64,000 bases of DNA from Chara braunii (taxonomy: Eukaryota; Plantae; Charophyceae): assembly GCA_003427395.1 (NCBI GenBank), contig BFEA01000002.1:3161292-3225291 (forward strand). The letters run 5' to 3'. A program made the translations under genes and the position numbers. A model generated the notes under the pieces. The model saw nothing but the letters and a program-made list of their open reading frames with translations. It made no database searches and was not told the origin of the DNA. Position 1 is the stretch's first letter. Each line of letters starts with the position of its first letter. Below, piece by piece: positions 38,210-51,043 of this stretch.

Positions 38210-39085
38210 AAATGAGGGTGACCAGCACGGGTCGATGATAAGCACATGATCACACCAAAGGAAGCATTGATCTAGCACGGGTCGATTATAAGCACGTGAA
38301 CATGCACCTAAAGGGAGTACGGGTTCATGATTGGGCGTGAGAAAGACGGATCGATGATGGTCACGTGAGGCATGCGCTAGAGAAAGGCATGGATCGACGA
38401 AGGGCGCATGAGTATGGCTCAATGATAAGTACGTGAAAGTGCAACAGGGGGAACACGAATTTGCAGTGAGCCTGGAAAACATAAATCGATGATGAGCACA
38501 CGATCAAGCTTGAACGAAAAGCATGAGTCCACGATGAGTACGGAAATGGAATTGACACGGAGCACATGATCCTATACCAAATACTGATCAATGATGAGTA
38601 CATGATTAAGCACCGAGGAAGCACAGATCCCCGATGAGAATAACAACACACATCTAAGTTGAACCCTGATAAAAGAAAGCACTGATCCAGTACAGATTGA
38701 TGATAAGCACGTGATCGCGGGCTTAAGCTGAGCACATGATTAAGCTTCAACGAAAACATGAATGTACGATGAACACGAAAACTGAATCGATGTAGAGCAC
38801 GTGAATCTGCCCCAGAAAAGATCGGATCATGAATGCGTACAAAGTACGGATCAAAGGTAAGCACGTACTCCTACCAAAGAAAAAACGGAAACGCTCTGAG
38901 TACGAAAAAGTAGGTGACCATGCACCAAAGACGAGTGCAGATCCATGATGAGCACCGAGCACGGATCGATGATAAAACGTAACATTCCGTGAGAGCAGCA
39001 CGGATCTAAGTTGATTACGAAAAAAATTCTTAATCGCTAATGAGCACGTGATAGTGCATGAAAGAAGGTAGACATCCACAAAGTA
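38210..39085. repeat. Degenerate short-period repeat region
   Basis: Recurrent gatcgatgatRagcac(g/a)tga motif. Confidence 0.75.
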
Positions 39086-39299
39086 CGGGCAAAATCTTAG
39101 TTTGCCTGCATCCTTTCCTTTTTTTCCTGCTTTTTTTTTTTTTTTTTTTTTTTTTAAATCTTGCAGGAAAGTCTGGCTTAAGAGAACGTAAGAGAGTATC
39201 CTGCCTGAACTGAGTTTGCGCCTTACTCAAGTAGGTACAAAGAACGAATCCTTGTTTCTTTCTCATTATTTCCCTTTTCACTTCGCATTCCCTTAATAA

Positions 39300-41588
39300 T
39301 GGTTTTGCTATTCTGCAAAAACGCCAAATTGGCTCGATGAGCAGTCGTCGTAAAGGTGGTATGAGAATAGAGAGATTACTTCTAATTAAGAAAAACTTGG
39401 CTCAGTACAGCAGGAGACCAGACTTAACAGACGTGTTGAAATCCATAAGCCGGATCAATAAAATTAAGTAGAGGGATGTGCTATTCAAAGTGGAAGGGTG
39501 CGTAGCTGAAAGTGATGACTAAACATTCGTGATGCTGATTTAGAAGTGGAAAAGCGAATAGCTTCAGGTCTTGATCCATGATTTATGAGGTAAGTCGGAC
39601 CTTGCGTGCTCTAAAGTCTTGATGGGTGATGAAGGTACTAGTTCCTTCAGCCAGCCCGATATCAGATAATCCTCAAGATAAGTGGTTAAAACTGTCTATT
39701 CACATGACCTTCAGAGTGAGCGAAACCAGTTAGAGATACTGAATTTTAGGAGCGATAGTTGGCTTTGAAAGTCGCTTTGTCTTTCAGTAGAAGTTGAGAA
39801 GGTAGGGCTGGCAAGATATCATTCCTTAGCGAAAACTACGAAACAGTGATTAATCGAAAAAGCTATGTAATACTTGCAGAAGCCTTAAGTCATGTTGGTG
39901 GTTCGTCGTGAGGGTAGCGATAAAAGTGACAGTATGGTCGAAAGAAAAAGGCCCGAATCATCTCAGAGGTACTGCTTTCAAGGGAGGGAAGCTGGGATTG
40001 TAAAGGTGATCTAAGTGAATATAAAGAGGTGCTCGGAACTGCTCCCATTCCGCCTGGTGAGAAGTTAGGCGTCAGGCAATACTGATCAGTTCTACAACTT
40101 ATACTGCGAGACGAGGCTTCGCTATACAGGGAAAGAACCAAACAGAAATGAAAAAGCATTTATATCAAGGTATTAAACAACCTTCCTATTTGAGATAACT
40201 AAAGCAATCAGAATTACAACATAAGTAATTAGTGATAAACGAGAAACTGAGTGCCTGCAAATTATAGAGGAGCTTTAAGCTTAGGCTAGCAGTTCAAGGA
40301 GGAGTCAAAAGGTAATCCCGTTGATGAAGTCGAAGCTCTCGTTCCAGGAGATAAGCATGCTGTATCCTAGTAAAGGTACTGTAGTTCAGTAAAGGTGATG
40401 GGATTCTTACGGTGACCTATCCAAGAGAAAAAGAGAGAGTTTTGAACACTCTGACGTTCACTCATTCATTCGGGTGAGATAGTTAGGTTGCCAGTAACCA
40501 ATAAATGGCCTACGACTTTCGTTATAACTTAAGGTCCGGTCTTGAGAAACCTGATGCAACCTCCTTCTCAGAGAGGAGGAAGGGCTCCGAAAGCGTTCAT
40601 CCATAGGAAATAACTAGCAGAAAACTAGTTAGTGATCTAAGGAGGTTAACTAGAGTGCCTACTATTGCAGAAAGGCACTTAAGTTGTGCTAGTGATTCGT
40701 AAGAGTGATAGGATAATAGTGTTTATAGTAGCGGGGGATCACCTACCTGAGCTATGGTTGAGCTAGATCTTTAGTTGAGATACTGCGTCTTGAGAAATGA
40801 TTACGAGATTCTTAAGGTGATTGGTCGAAAAGAACGGGGTTGGAAAGTTCCGAACTTCCTTGTGAAGCTTCATTCGGCTGGGTGAAATGCTTAGATTTAA
40901 CGGATAAGCTCCAGAAGTTATTGATCAACGTAGAAGTTCTTATTAATACTTATATTGTGTACTTTAAATACGTCGTAGCCTCTATAATCCTAGAAAAGGT
41001 GCTGAAGAGATTACTAGTAATTCCTACCAAGGAGTTGGAACCTTCCTACATCTAAGATGATAAAAGCGACGGATTAGCGAGGAAGATACAGAAATCAGAT
41101 AGAAACTCGGTTCTACTGGAGTTACGTTCAGTGGCGAGTACGACTAAATAACTTAAGGCGCTGAAGGCTTCCGAGCATTCTTAAGAGGTCGGCCTGAAAG
41201 CTTGCGAACGTGGAAAGTTCGAACCTGGAGATGAGAAAGGTGGAGGTCGTGGTTCAGTTATACCATTTGATTACTTAGCCCAAGAAAGTTGAGGTTTACA
41301 TTATAAGGCAATTGAGTATAGTAGGTTCGAGTCGTACCGGTGCGAGGTAGCTTAAAGGTAGGATAAGTATACCTGCGTTGCTTCAATAGCTATTCTTGCT
41401 CGAAAGGTCTTCTTAAAAGGTTTACGAGGTTTGCAACGATTTGCTGCCTGAGCTTCTTCCTCAGTCATCAGGGACAGAGATTGATCGGACTGTTCGAAAA
41501 GGTTTTCATGTTGGGTGGCTAAGGCATAGCCCGTTACAATGGAAGACAGCGCTGACCAAGAATGCATAGATTCCAGCGAGGAGTTCAT
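39300..41588 (-). pseudogene. Heavily decayed antisense ORF region within the LTR-like complex
   Basis: Starts MNSSLESMH at 41588 and continues as stop-riddled, coding-like sequence; no domain recognised. Confidence 0.3.
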
Positions 41589-42705
41589 GGCAACGGTGTG
41601 AAGGGGTGAAGATGGCGGGTGGGAGGTGGGAGGTAAAATGGAGCTCCTCTTTTCCGACTCGACAGCTAAAGGTGGTTGTTACGAAGAGTTTCAGAGTAAG
41701 GCGGGACGTTTACACTAGGGCTCAGGGTAGGCCGGTGCGGCCATCTAGGTGAGCGTTGTCGGCGCGAATACCCTTACAAGGGTATCCGCCCTGGTTTTTG
41801 CAGATGACAGGAAAATGGGTTTGATTGAAATAAGTCGTGCGAGGCACGACCGCGTCCGGGACCCGCCCTGGTTAAGCTAGTGGGTGTGTGGGCGCACAGT
41901 ATTAAGGCGCGCGTGTGATTTTTCTGATTGAGTGGGCGACCGGTCTAACCGACCTGCCCGGACCGTGTTACAGGCTCGATTAAGGGGTAAATGTCCGGTT
42001 CCTGGGCGGCACGTGCGACCTACGGTAGGGCTGGCACGCCGATAGGCGCGTGGGATGGCAACGGCGCGGTCCAAGCAGGTTGGCGCGGGTGCCTAGTGTT
42101 GGCATGCCGGTTGTAGGAAGGAAAGAGAGGGCCCAGGTTGTTTTTCCCGGGCCTAGGCACTGCGCTGCATCACCTTCTATTGGTCTTCGCGCAGGCTAAC
42201 TCCAGGCTTGGACTTGGCCCTATAGGTTATGGCATTGGAGTTTCATGACAGAGGTACGGGAATCGAGGCTTGTGGGCGACAACGCGAGCGCGAGTGGAGG
42301 AGAAACTGAGGGATTGAGGGTCCCGCAGGACTATCTTCCGTAGGTTTTGTAGGGGGAGTCCGATTGCAGGCCCGTTTCGCAAGGCAAAAGGGGCGCTGGT
42401 AGGTTCCGTGCCCCACCCCGTCAGTTCTCTTAGTTTTTTTTATGTTAATTTTTATCCGGGTCCTTTAATGCCTTTTCCTTTATTCGGGTTTCCTCCGGGT
42501 CTGGCAGCAGACCCAAGAGTTTAGCTTAGTGGGCACACCCTCGAACTGCTAGGTTACAGCCGTGTCGGGTCCAGGTGGGGGAGTCGTGACGGGGCAAAAG
42601 CCAGGTCCCTAGGCCCGCAAAACGGCGGTCCTTACATTCCAGTGGTAGGCCCTGTGCAGGGGCCGAGTGACCTTTGGAACGGCCGCGGGGCATTGCCCTG
42701 ATTTA

Positions 42706-42785
42706 GTCCTTCGGGACATCTGTTAAAATTGGAACGATACGTAAAAGATTAGCGTGGCCCTGCGCAGGGGTGACGTGCGAAGATT
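42706..42785 (+). pseudogene. U6: U6 snRNA-derived copy with mutated ACAGAGA box
   Basis: gtccttcgggacatctgttaaaattggaacgatacgtaaaagattagcgtggccctgcgcaggggtgac. Confidence 0.88.
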
Positions 42786-44989
42786 AAGGAGGGGCAAGGG
42801 GTATTTGAGCTCCTTACCTGTCGTCTGCGGGTTGCATCCGCCGTCCAACCGCCCCGCGGGTAGCCGGACCACTATCCGCTGCCGGGCCGCGAGTAGTCGG
42901 TCGTGGAAAGGAAGAAACTTGTGAGCCAAGTCCGAATCTGGGCGGAAAGTCGCACCGGGGGGGGGGGGGGACGGTCGGCGAGTAGCGGGGAGCCAGGCGG
43001 AGGGGCAGCGGGCACTGCGTAGAGGTACAGTCGGCAGCGGAGGCGACAGCGCAGTGGGGTCGAGCGCTTGGGCAGTGGCGAACAGGCGGTCAAGGGAGTA
43101 AGAAGGGAAAGGCGGTAAGGAGAGACAACAACCACTGTAGCGCCAGTATCAAGCCGAGGTAAGTAAGGGAAGAGGGAGAGAGTCAGGGCGTACCTTTGTA
43201 CTCGGTCCGTTCGAAGGAAGGCGGAGCCGGTGAAGAGGAGGAGACGAACGAAGTAGGGAGAGAAAGTAAAGTGAACCTGGGCGACGAATCACGCCAGGTG
43301 CATGCACAAAGAAGGGGGAGATGGCGGGGAGGAAATGGTGGGATCCGCCCGTTTCTTGACGAAATCGGAAGGGGAAGGAGCCTTTTCGGGGGTTTTTTAG
43401 TAAGGCGAGCACGGATATGAGGTTAGTTTGGTTGATTAGACAGTAGGATAAGAGGTTAGTAGGAAGAAGCCTGCGAGGAGCCCATGGTGGGAAAAGAGCG
43501 GGGGAGAATAAGGAAATGTTATCTCCCTCGTTTCTGACTTGATTCATATGGGGGAGGGCACGATTTAGACATTTTTTGACAGGGCGAGTTCGGGTATGGT
43601 GTTAGTTTTGGCGTTAGATTAGTGGAGAGGAGGTTAGTAACGAAATGGGGTGCGTCGAGCTATGGCCGACGTGAGAGAAAACGGAAGAAAACACATCCCG
43701 CTCGTTACTTAATGGAATCGAGCGGGGGAGGACTCAGAATGGGGGTTTTTGGCTATAGCGACCCCATTTATGCAATCAGAATTAGTAGTGGGTTAGTAAA
43801 TAAGAAGTTAATAGGAGAATAGTGTGCGCGGTGATGTCGGGAGTGGGAGAGAAGGAGAGGTTGTCAGTCAGTCGAGGAACTTGGGTGAAGAGGGGATTCG
43901 GGAGGGAAGACTTGAATTCTGAGTGAGTAGATTTAAGCTGCGAAGTGGGCCGGGCTGCGTGGCTGCAGGCTATGTGAGAGAGGGGAAGGGACAAAATCTG
44001 AACGAATCTTTTCGCGTTTTAGCGAAAGATTCATTTTGATAAAGGTGGTCAGTTCCTAGCATGCTGAATGTGCGACTAGGCGGCATACGTCTGGCGGGGA
44101 ATTTGATCGGATGCCCGCCGTACTCGGGGGAGAGCAGCTTGAGGGGAGCCGTACGAGTTGGGGACTTACCAATTGGCCGGTGCGTGGTTCCGATTACCGA
44201 AAGAAGTAGCCTTGCTCCGTATTTCCCCGGAGGTGGATGAGCGGCAATGCATCGCCCCTCGTGTTGGCGGAAGATCCATTCCGAGGTGCTGCCCGCTCCG
44301 GTTGTAGTGATCCTCCTGTGCCTTAGTCACCACTGGCTTTCAGACGAGCGTGGCCGTGGAAACGCTGCGCACGCAGAGAAAACCAGAAGAAGAGGGGAAG
44401 TGGTTGCTATGGGATTGAAGACCGCCAGCTAACCTGTGTGCAAAGCCGCGAGGGAGCTAGTCGTGTTGTTGAAGAGTCTGCCCGCTGGTCGGGCGTCACG
44501 GCTGTAGAGCCCAGATCTATGTGCCTGCTGCTTTCCTACTAAGCTACTGCTACATGTGCACCCAGGCGTCTTTGGTTCTGGCCAGCTGTTAAAGTATTGT
44601 GTTGAGTGTTGCGGTCTGACGTCACGAGCTGGTACACCGAAGAAGGTGGCTGCTGCAGGCAGTTCCGGGCTTGTTGCTGTGTGTTCCGCTGCCTATCTCA
44701 GCAACACTTTCAGCGACAGCCAATATTGAGCTTACTGTGTACTGGGCTGTTGGGCTGATCTGAGTACGGTCGTTTGGGGACCGTACGACTGCAGGTCCAC
44801 TTTNNNNNNNNNNNNNNNNNNNNNNNNNNNNNNNNNNNNNNNNNNNNNNNNNNNNNNNNNNNNNNNNNNNNNNNNNNNNNNNNNNNNNNNNNNNNNNNAA
44901 ACGAAGGTGTAGCGTGAAAGGAAGGGGGATGAGTGGAACTACAATGGGGTTGTTGCCGCAACCTGGAGGAGTGGTTGCAAAGGAGATTA

Positions 44990-46460
44990 TTGTTGTGACT
45001 TAGGGAGTCGTCAGAGGACCAACACTTGACAGTTTGACTTCTGAAGACTTATCAAGCTGTTAATCTTGGCCACCGTTGCGGGGCCCTCAGGCGAATCAAG
45101 ATATCAAGGCCCTCTCCTGCGAGTCTGAGCGCACCACTCTTGGATCTGAGAGTCTCAAATTTATCTCCTCCTACCTTTCTTACTCTAAGTCTCGTCTATT
45201 GGTGCTGAGAGGAAGGCGGCAGGCGGGATTGCAACCCGTAATCTGCGCCAAGGCCTCTGTGGGAGGTCGCCCCACCGATTGCGGGAGCTCTGCCGGAGCC
45301 TAGGCGAGGCTCTGGAGGCAGGGAATTGAAAGGTAACCTTTTGCGTTCCCTTTATATACCCTGGTATAACCCCCACTTGTACGACTTGCTATGTTTGACT
45401 GAGTGTACTGCATGCACCCCTATTTTGACGTTGGTCTGGTTGACAGGACACAACTCAGATTAAGTAAAGGAATGTTTGTGCAATCTCAGTTTCAGTTTTT
45501 GTTGATTGCCTGAAGGCAGATTGTGAACATAAGGGGTTGCATCTGGGGGAAGGGTGGGTGAAAAGTGGTTTTGCTTGAGCTTGGAAGGGTCTTATGGGGT
45601 CAGACCAGTTCCATAAGATTGGACGGCCTGACCGCTGTGTTTTATTTTTTGAATTGCATGGAGAGTCAGACCAGTTCCATAAGATTTGACGGTCTGATGA
45701 CTCTGAATTGTGAGGGCTTGACTGTGGCTGATTTTTCANGAGAGTCAGACCAGTTCCATAAGATTTGACGGTCTGATGACTCTGAATTGTGAGGGCTTGA
45801 CTGTGGCTGATTTTTCAGGGGCCAAACCTGTACCGTAAGATTGGAGGGTTTGGTTGCCATGTTTGATTGGGGTTTGTTTTGTTTCTTTTGTTTCTGATCG
45901 AGGAGGTCTGAGCAAGTCCATAAGATTGGACGGTTCAGCCCCCCTCTTGTTTTATTATGAGGGGATAATCCTTGCTGAGGGCAGGGTATGTCAATAAGAT
46001 TGGACGGCCTTGGACTCATGCCATACACAGTAGATCAGAGAGAAACGAACCTGGCAAAGGACCAGATGTGTTCCATAAGATTGGACGGTCTGGCCCAATG
46101 CCTCGCATATGTTGGAACCCAAAAGGTTAAATTTTGGCTATATTTTATATTATCCTATTTATGAACAGGCTAGTCAGGCATGGGTTCCATAAGATTGGAC
46201 GGTCTGGCTATAGCTTATCATGAAATGAAGAGAGTATAACTAAGAGTATAATTTAAGGTAACCCAGGGCAAGCTGGGCCTTGTTCTAAGATGAACCGCTC
46301 AGTCTTATGCCCAACTTTTGAATACTAAGCTCAGAGAAGTATATATAATTTGGATATTAAACAGTTCTGGCGACTAAGCCTTGTTCTAAGATGAACGGCC
46401 TAGTCATATGCCCAAAAGGAAGAGAGAAGTAGTTGTGCAACCTGTTCGTGTATACTCATT
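44990..46460 (+). mobile_element. LTR-like long repeat, copy B (contains hairpin array 2)
   Basis: Shares blocks with copy A: ccaaggcctctgtgggaggt, ctctggaggcagggaa, gtttcagtttttgttgattg, gagagtataactaagagt, gcaacctgttc. Confidence 0.55.
45598..46412 (+). repeat. Array of 10 stem-loops with TAAGAT loop
   Basis: Loops at 45614, 45680, 45759, 45836, 45921, 45995, 46076, 46190, 46286 and 46387. Confidence 0.9.
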
Positions 46461-48675
46461 GGCTGAGTCAGGCAAGAGAGAAGGAGTTATGGGTCAGGCG
46501 GCGAGATCACGAGCGCGACACGGCCAGTAAACTTGGGGTCTTGGTAACGTGAAGCGGCACGTGGGCAGAGGACTAGCCCCGGTTAGCCTTCGGGAATCCG
46601 TGTACGGGCCTCATTATCCCGGACGTCGGGTAGCCTATGGGTAGGATACTGGACCTCCTCCGCGCGCGCGTCGTTTGGGCTTATCCACCCCCGTTCCATT
46701 TTTGAAGGCCACCAGCTAATGGGGGTTGGGGTGAGTCCCCTTTTTGCGTTTTCATAGTTGGACGTTATAGTCCGTGGCGGCCGTCAAAGTCAAACCCCTT
46801 GATGTTCGACCGTCACGACAACTTAAAGCTGTCTACTCAACCCCTCTGCACAGGGTGCAGAAGAGGGTGTGGTCTCCAACCGCGCACGACGGTTGTCCAG
46901 CGTCGAGAGATTAACCCTCAAGGCGTGTGTCAGCCGACACCTGAGTGTCGAATGCGACCCTCGAAATTAACGAGGGCCGCACGATTATGGGCACGACATA
47001 ATACGTCATCATTGCGACTGCTTGCGTAGGTTTGCATTGCGAGTCGATAGGAGTTAGCCCTGCGTCCGCGCGGTTTTTTATACTAAGTCTCGCGCGCGGC
47101 GCCCATCCAATTTCCGCATCGGAAAGTTATGGGTTGGTTACCGAGGGACTAGGAGCGTTGTCGCGTTGTTCGTGTTGTGTCGTTTGTGCAATGTGTGCGC
47201 ACGTATGTATTGTTTTTGTGTTCGTAGAGTGGTGTGCGTGTGGTGTGTGGGATGCGTCCTAGTTGACCGACGTTGAGCCACGCTTGGGACTTCAGCCCCC
47301 CAAGATGTCGGCCCGCGTGCGGGTCCGATAGGCGTATTACCGCGCGTACGCCCTATGCTACAGTGAACGAGAAACGCCCTTGGCTGGTCCACCTCTACGA
47401 TTGCAACCGAGTAGCTTTCGTACTGTGGACTGGTGGCTAGACGGGGATACGCCCACCGAAGGGAGGTGACAACTCCCGTAAGGTGGAGGTAAGTCGTGCC
47501 TCGCGTAGGCCCTATCCTGTCGTAGGGGCTTGCGAGAGGTATGGCTGGCGCACTCAGCCGGAGCGGCCTAAGGAAGCTCCATTTGTGTGTCCGTGACGAG
47601 GTTGGTCCAACTCCTGCATGACGCGGCCGAGAGGGTCCCGCGTTGCCACGTGCGGTGCCGGACCGATGCGCTCGACAGCGTAGCGATTAGGTTCGCAACA
47701 GACCGTTGTTCGGCAAGAAAGATCAACTAGCGATGGGTGGGGCAGCAGTCGCCCAAAATCAAGTCATCCTAAGTTACGAAACACCTTCTAGCCGTAACTT
47801 ACTTTCACCGAAAGAAGAAAAGACAAAATAGAAAGCGTCAAGGTAAAATTTTCGCAACTTACCTGGAAAGGAAAGCTATGGAAGTGAAAAGGATTATCCT
47901 GATTACGGATCTTGCCACTTTCGAGCTGGTGAACGAGTTTTACCATACTGTGAGGTGACTGACTGAAGCCGACTGTAATGTTGCAGGTACGGAGAACGGA
48001 GCGGCGCCGCAGTCGCAGACGGGGAGCAAGCCAAGGACAAAAGAGCAGGTCCGACCAATGAAACCTTGCTAGAAATAGCAAGTCCTCGGTTATTTTTGGA
48101 CGGGCCCTCCCAAGGTGTGAATTTCTGCCTTGCGCCTTCCTTGCCTGATTCGGCCCAATACTGGCCACCCCTATACGGGGTTCAGTCCGATGGGACTGCT
48201 GCGGTAGTTCAGGCCCCAATGAGCCTTGTTGAAATAAGGGAGCCCAGGGGTGCCTCGGACCCCAATATTCAGCTGCCGTGTTATTCAAGCCTCCAAGAAG
48301 AAGAACCTGGTCCTCAGGAGTACCCTGGTGCGGATGATATGTCAGCAAGGACTGCCAATTTAGTAGCTTCTCCAGGGTAATTCGTAATCTTCCCTATTTT
48401 CCGAGACCACTGCAATTCTGCCAGTATCAGCCCCAAGTACGGCGACCATCCGACTGCCAAGTCGCCTAGTCCAATAGGAGAGAAGGGTCTATGCCTTCTA
48501 TGGTGGGATCCGAAAACCACACTGTAACTGGGCTGTAGTGTAGTGGTGGGATTAGACCCTAAAGGCCGAAACCACCAGCACCTCCACGTTTTTAGGCCGT
48601 TAACGGGGTGGCTGAATCGGTGCGCTGTGCGGGTTCATGTGCGTTTGGATCAGAGCCTCCCCAGAGGGGGCCTAA

Positions 48676-49171
48676 GGGTCTGATCCCACCACTACACTAC
48701 AGCCCAGTTACACTGTAGTTTTGGGATCCCACAACGTGTTACACTGTAGTTTCGGGATCCCACCACTACACTACGGTTGTGGAGTTCGCCGAAATATTTT
48801 GCACGCATTTCGTAGCACGCCCGCGAAGGGCTCGAGCAAAGTTACTACATTTTTTGTGTAGACGGTTTGGGCACAACGGCCGCGAAAAAGATGGAACAAT
48901 TTTTTTTTTTTTTTTTTTTTTTTCAGTTGTCCGTCCAGCCCGTTAGGAACGTCCGAGGTCCACATGCGCGTGTGACATGTCGTCTGGCGGTACAACGGAA
49001 ATGTCTGCCCTAAAAATGCAGCCCACGGAAAGTCGCCGCGGGTCCAGGAAAACCACCGAGAAAGTCGGTGTCGTCGGATCCGCTTTCTGTAGCCGGGCCC
49101 GTAGCTGACGCTGGCACTATTGTAGTGCTTTTTCGTCACTACTTGCGTAGTGTAGTGGTGGGATCAGACCC
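48676..49171. mobile_element. PIF/Harbinger (Tourist-like) MITE
   Basis: Perfect 25-bp TIR gggtctgatcccaccactacactac with TAA on both sides. Confidence 0.9.
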
Positions 49172-49582
49172 TAAGAGGGGTAGCCGTTGGCAAGAACTCT
49201 ACCGGAGGATGCTCCGTAGAGGGGCCTTGACGAAATTCCTGAAGTTCTGGGCGTTTTCAATTTTGGGAGGCAGCGCGGGAAAGAACCGCCCCTCAACACC
49301 CGACCTCGACTTTTGTTTTCCTCCCCCACCACTTGCCTTCTCTGCTCTCGGACTACACTATTCTCGACTTTGACGTCGCTACTCTCCTCTACGCTTCTAC
49401 GCTGTAGACTTCGACTTTTTTTTTTTTTTTCCTCTCAATTTTTTCCTCACACTACCTACCTACCACTACTCCTACCTATAGGCATACGGGGAAACCCGTA
49501 GCATACCAGAGCCGTGTTTTTACGGCCCCTCGAGCCTGCAGGATACCGGCCATGTAGACTTCGACTTTGCTATGCTACTACG

Positions 49583-49613
<31 letters not shown>

Positions 49614-49985
49614 AATACTTCGTTGGTACGGTCTACTTCGACTTTGCTCTACGGTGGACGCACTTTAACACGTACACACAAACACACGCTCCTTTTTTTC
49701 GTGGAGTTGTGCTTAGCGAACATGACAACACAAACACATGCACAAACATACCCACAGAGAACACCCCTCCCCCCACACACGCACGCATAACACGCCCCCT
49801 AGAGTTGTTACTAAGCTCATTTACTTGCTTGAGGTTGGACACTCGATCTGCAGGTTGGACGCTGAGGCTTGGACTATGCATTGCGTCGAGGCTTTCGCGC
49901 CACGGTGACTGAAGGTGAGTTGACCCTGCTTTATCATTCATGTCTGTTGACTTCGTTTCTTTGTGGGCTTTGAACTATGAGTTTC

Positions 49986-50005
49986 TGTGCGTGTAACTGC
50001 GTGCG

Positions 50006-50074
<69 letters not shown>
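49986..50074. repeat. (GT)n microsatellite
   Basis: Seen directly. Confidence 0.97.
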
Positions 50075-50075
<1 letters not shown>

Positions 50076-50118
50076 GTCATATTCGCTATGCACTCAAAAA
50101 AAGCATGACTGTGCCGAA

Positions 50119-50179
50119 CAGACTGTTTCGTCGGACTTTCACCGACTCATCAGGAGGTTGAACCTGGACAGACAGTCTG
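50119..50179 (-). ncRNA. Type III hammerhead ribozyme motif, stem I slightly damaged
   Basis: Reverse strand cagactgtctgtc-caggttcaacctc-CTGATGA-gtcgg-tgaaagt-ccgac-GAAA-cagtctg. Confidence 0.75.
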
Positions 50180-50275
50180 CCCAGGATTCATTTCACTGAT
50201 GGATAACGAGTCACCACATCGCCCAGAGTTGGCGACACCGCGGCGAAAAGTGGTCGACTTTACTCACACCAGCCT

Positions 50276-50279
<4 letters not shown>

Positions 50280-50371
<92 letters not shown>

Positions 50372-50375
50372 NTGT

Positions 50376-50464
<89 letters not shown>
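50280..50464. repeat. (GT)n(GA)n compound microsatellite
   Basis: Seen directly; the doubling around an N may be an assembly artefact. Confidence 0.95.
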
Positions 50465-50466
<2 letters not shown>

Positions 50467-50611
50467 GCTGACGAGGTAATTCATGTGAAGGTACATCGGA
50501 CACAACAGGGCAGTTGCTAACCAACTGCACTCAGGCCAGCACACCCATCATGTTTTGTTTTTGGTTTTGCAAAATTTTTGCATGCTTTTCGCGGGGCGGA
50601 GCCGCAACAGA

Positions 50612-50692
50612 AACTCCGACGAAACAGTCTGTCACAGCCTCTTCTTTGTTGTCCTCTTCTCCCTCTACGGTTTACCGGGCAGTTATGCTATA
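50612..50692 (+). repeat. Hammerhead-repeat family fragment (3' half of the ribozyme plus tail)
   Basis: aactccgacgaaacagtctgtcacagcc...tgttgtcctcttctccctctacggtttaccgggcag. Confidence 0.8.
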
Positions 50693-50767
50693 CCAGGAAA
50701 GGAGGTAATGAGCGATTCCCGTGTTTTTTTTTTTTTTTTTTTTTTTTGTTCCCTTTTTTTTTCCTGA

Positions 50768-51043
50768 AAGGGCGACGGCCTTGAGATATCATAGTTGAGC
50801 TGACCGGCCCCAGGCAATTCGTAAATACTTGGTTTTATTCATCAAGTTCCATCATTTGGGTTCGAGCACTGGTCTGTATGAGCATCGCCACACCACTCTC
50901 GAAATGCGCAAAATGAGAATGAACTTGCCGCTAGAACATGGCCAGATGCACCCGCCACATTTTTGTCGTTTTCACATTTCGAGAGTGGTATGGCGAGGCA
51001 CTATATTTTAACGTTTGATGGGTGTACCCACTGAACTAGGCTC
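50768..51043 (-). mobile_element. SINE family A copy interrupted by a MITE
   Basis: Family tail and head flank the insertion. Confidence 0.75.
50879..51001. mobile_element. ~123-bp MITE with TA duplication inside the SINE
   Basis: TIR gcatcgccacaccactctcgaaatg / catttcgagagtggtatggcgaggc. Confidence 0.8.

Noticed and set aside
38210-39085. C/D snoRNA cluster or hammerhead array
   Set aside because: ATGATGA is frequent but there are no matched D boxes with terminal stems, and no CUGANGA-stem-GAAA core
45662-45818. 79-bp exact duplication as a real extra hairpin unit
   Set aside because: The copies are joined at an N and may be an assembly artefact; array 2 may have 9 real units
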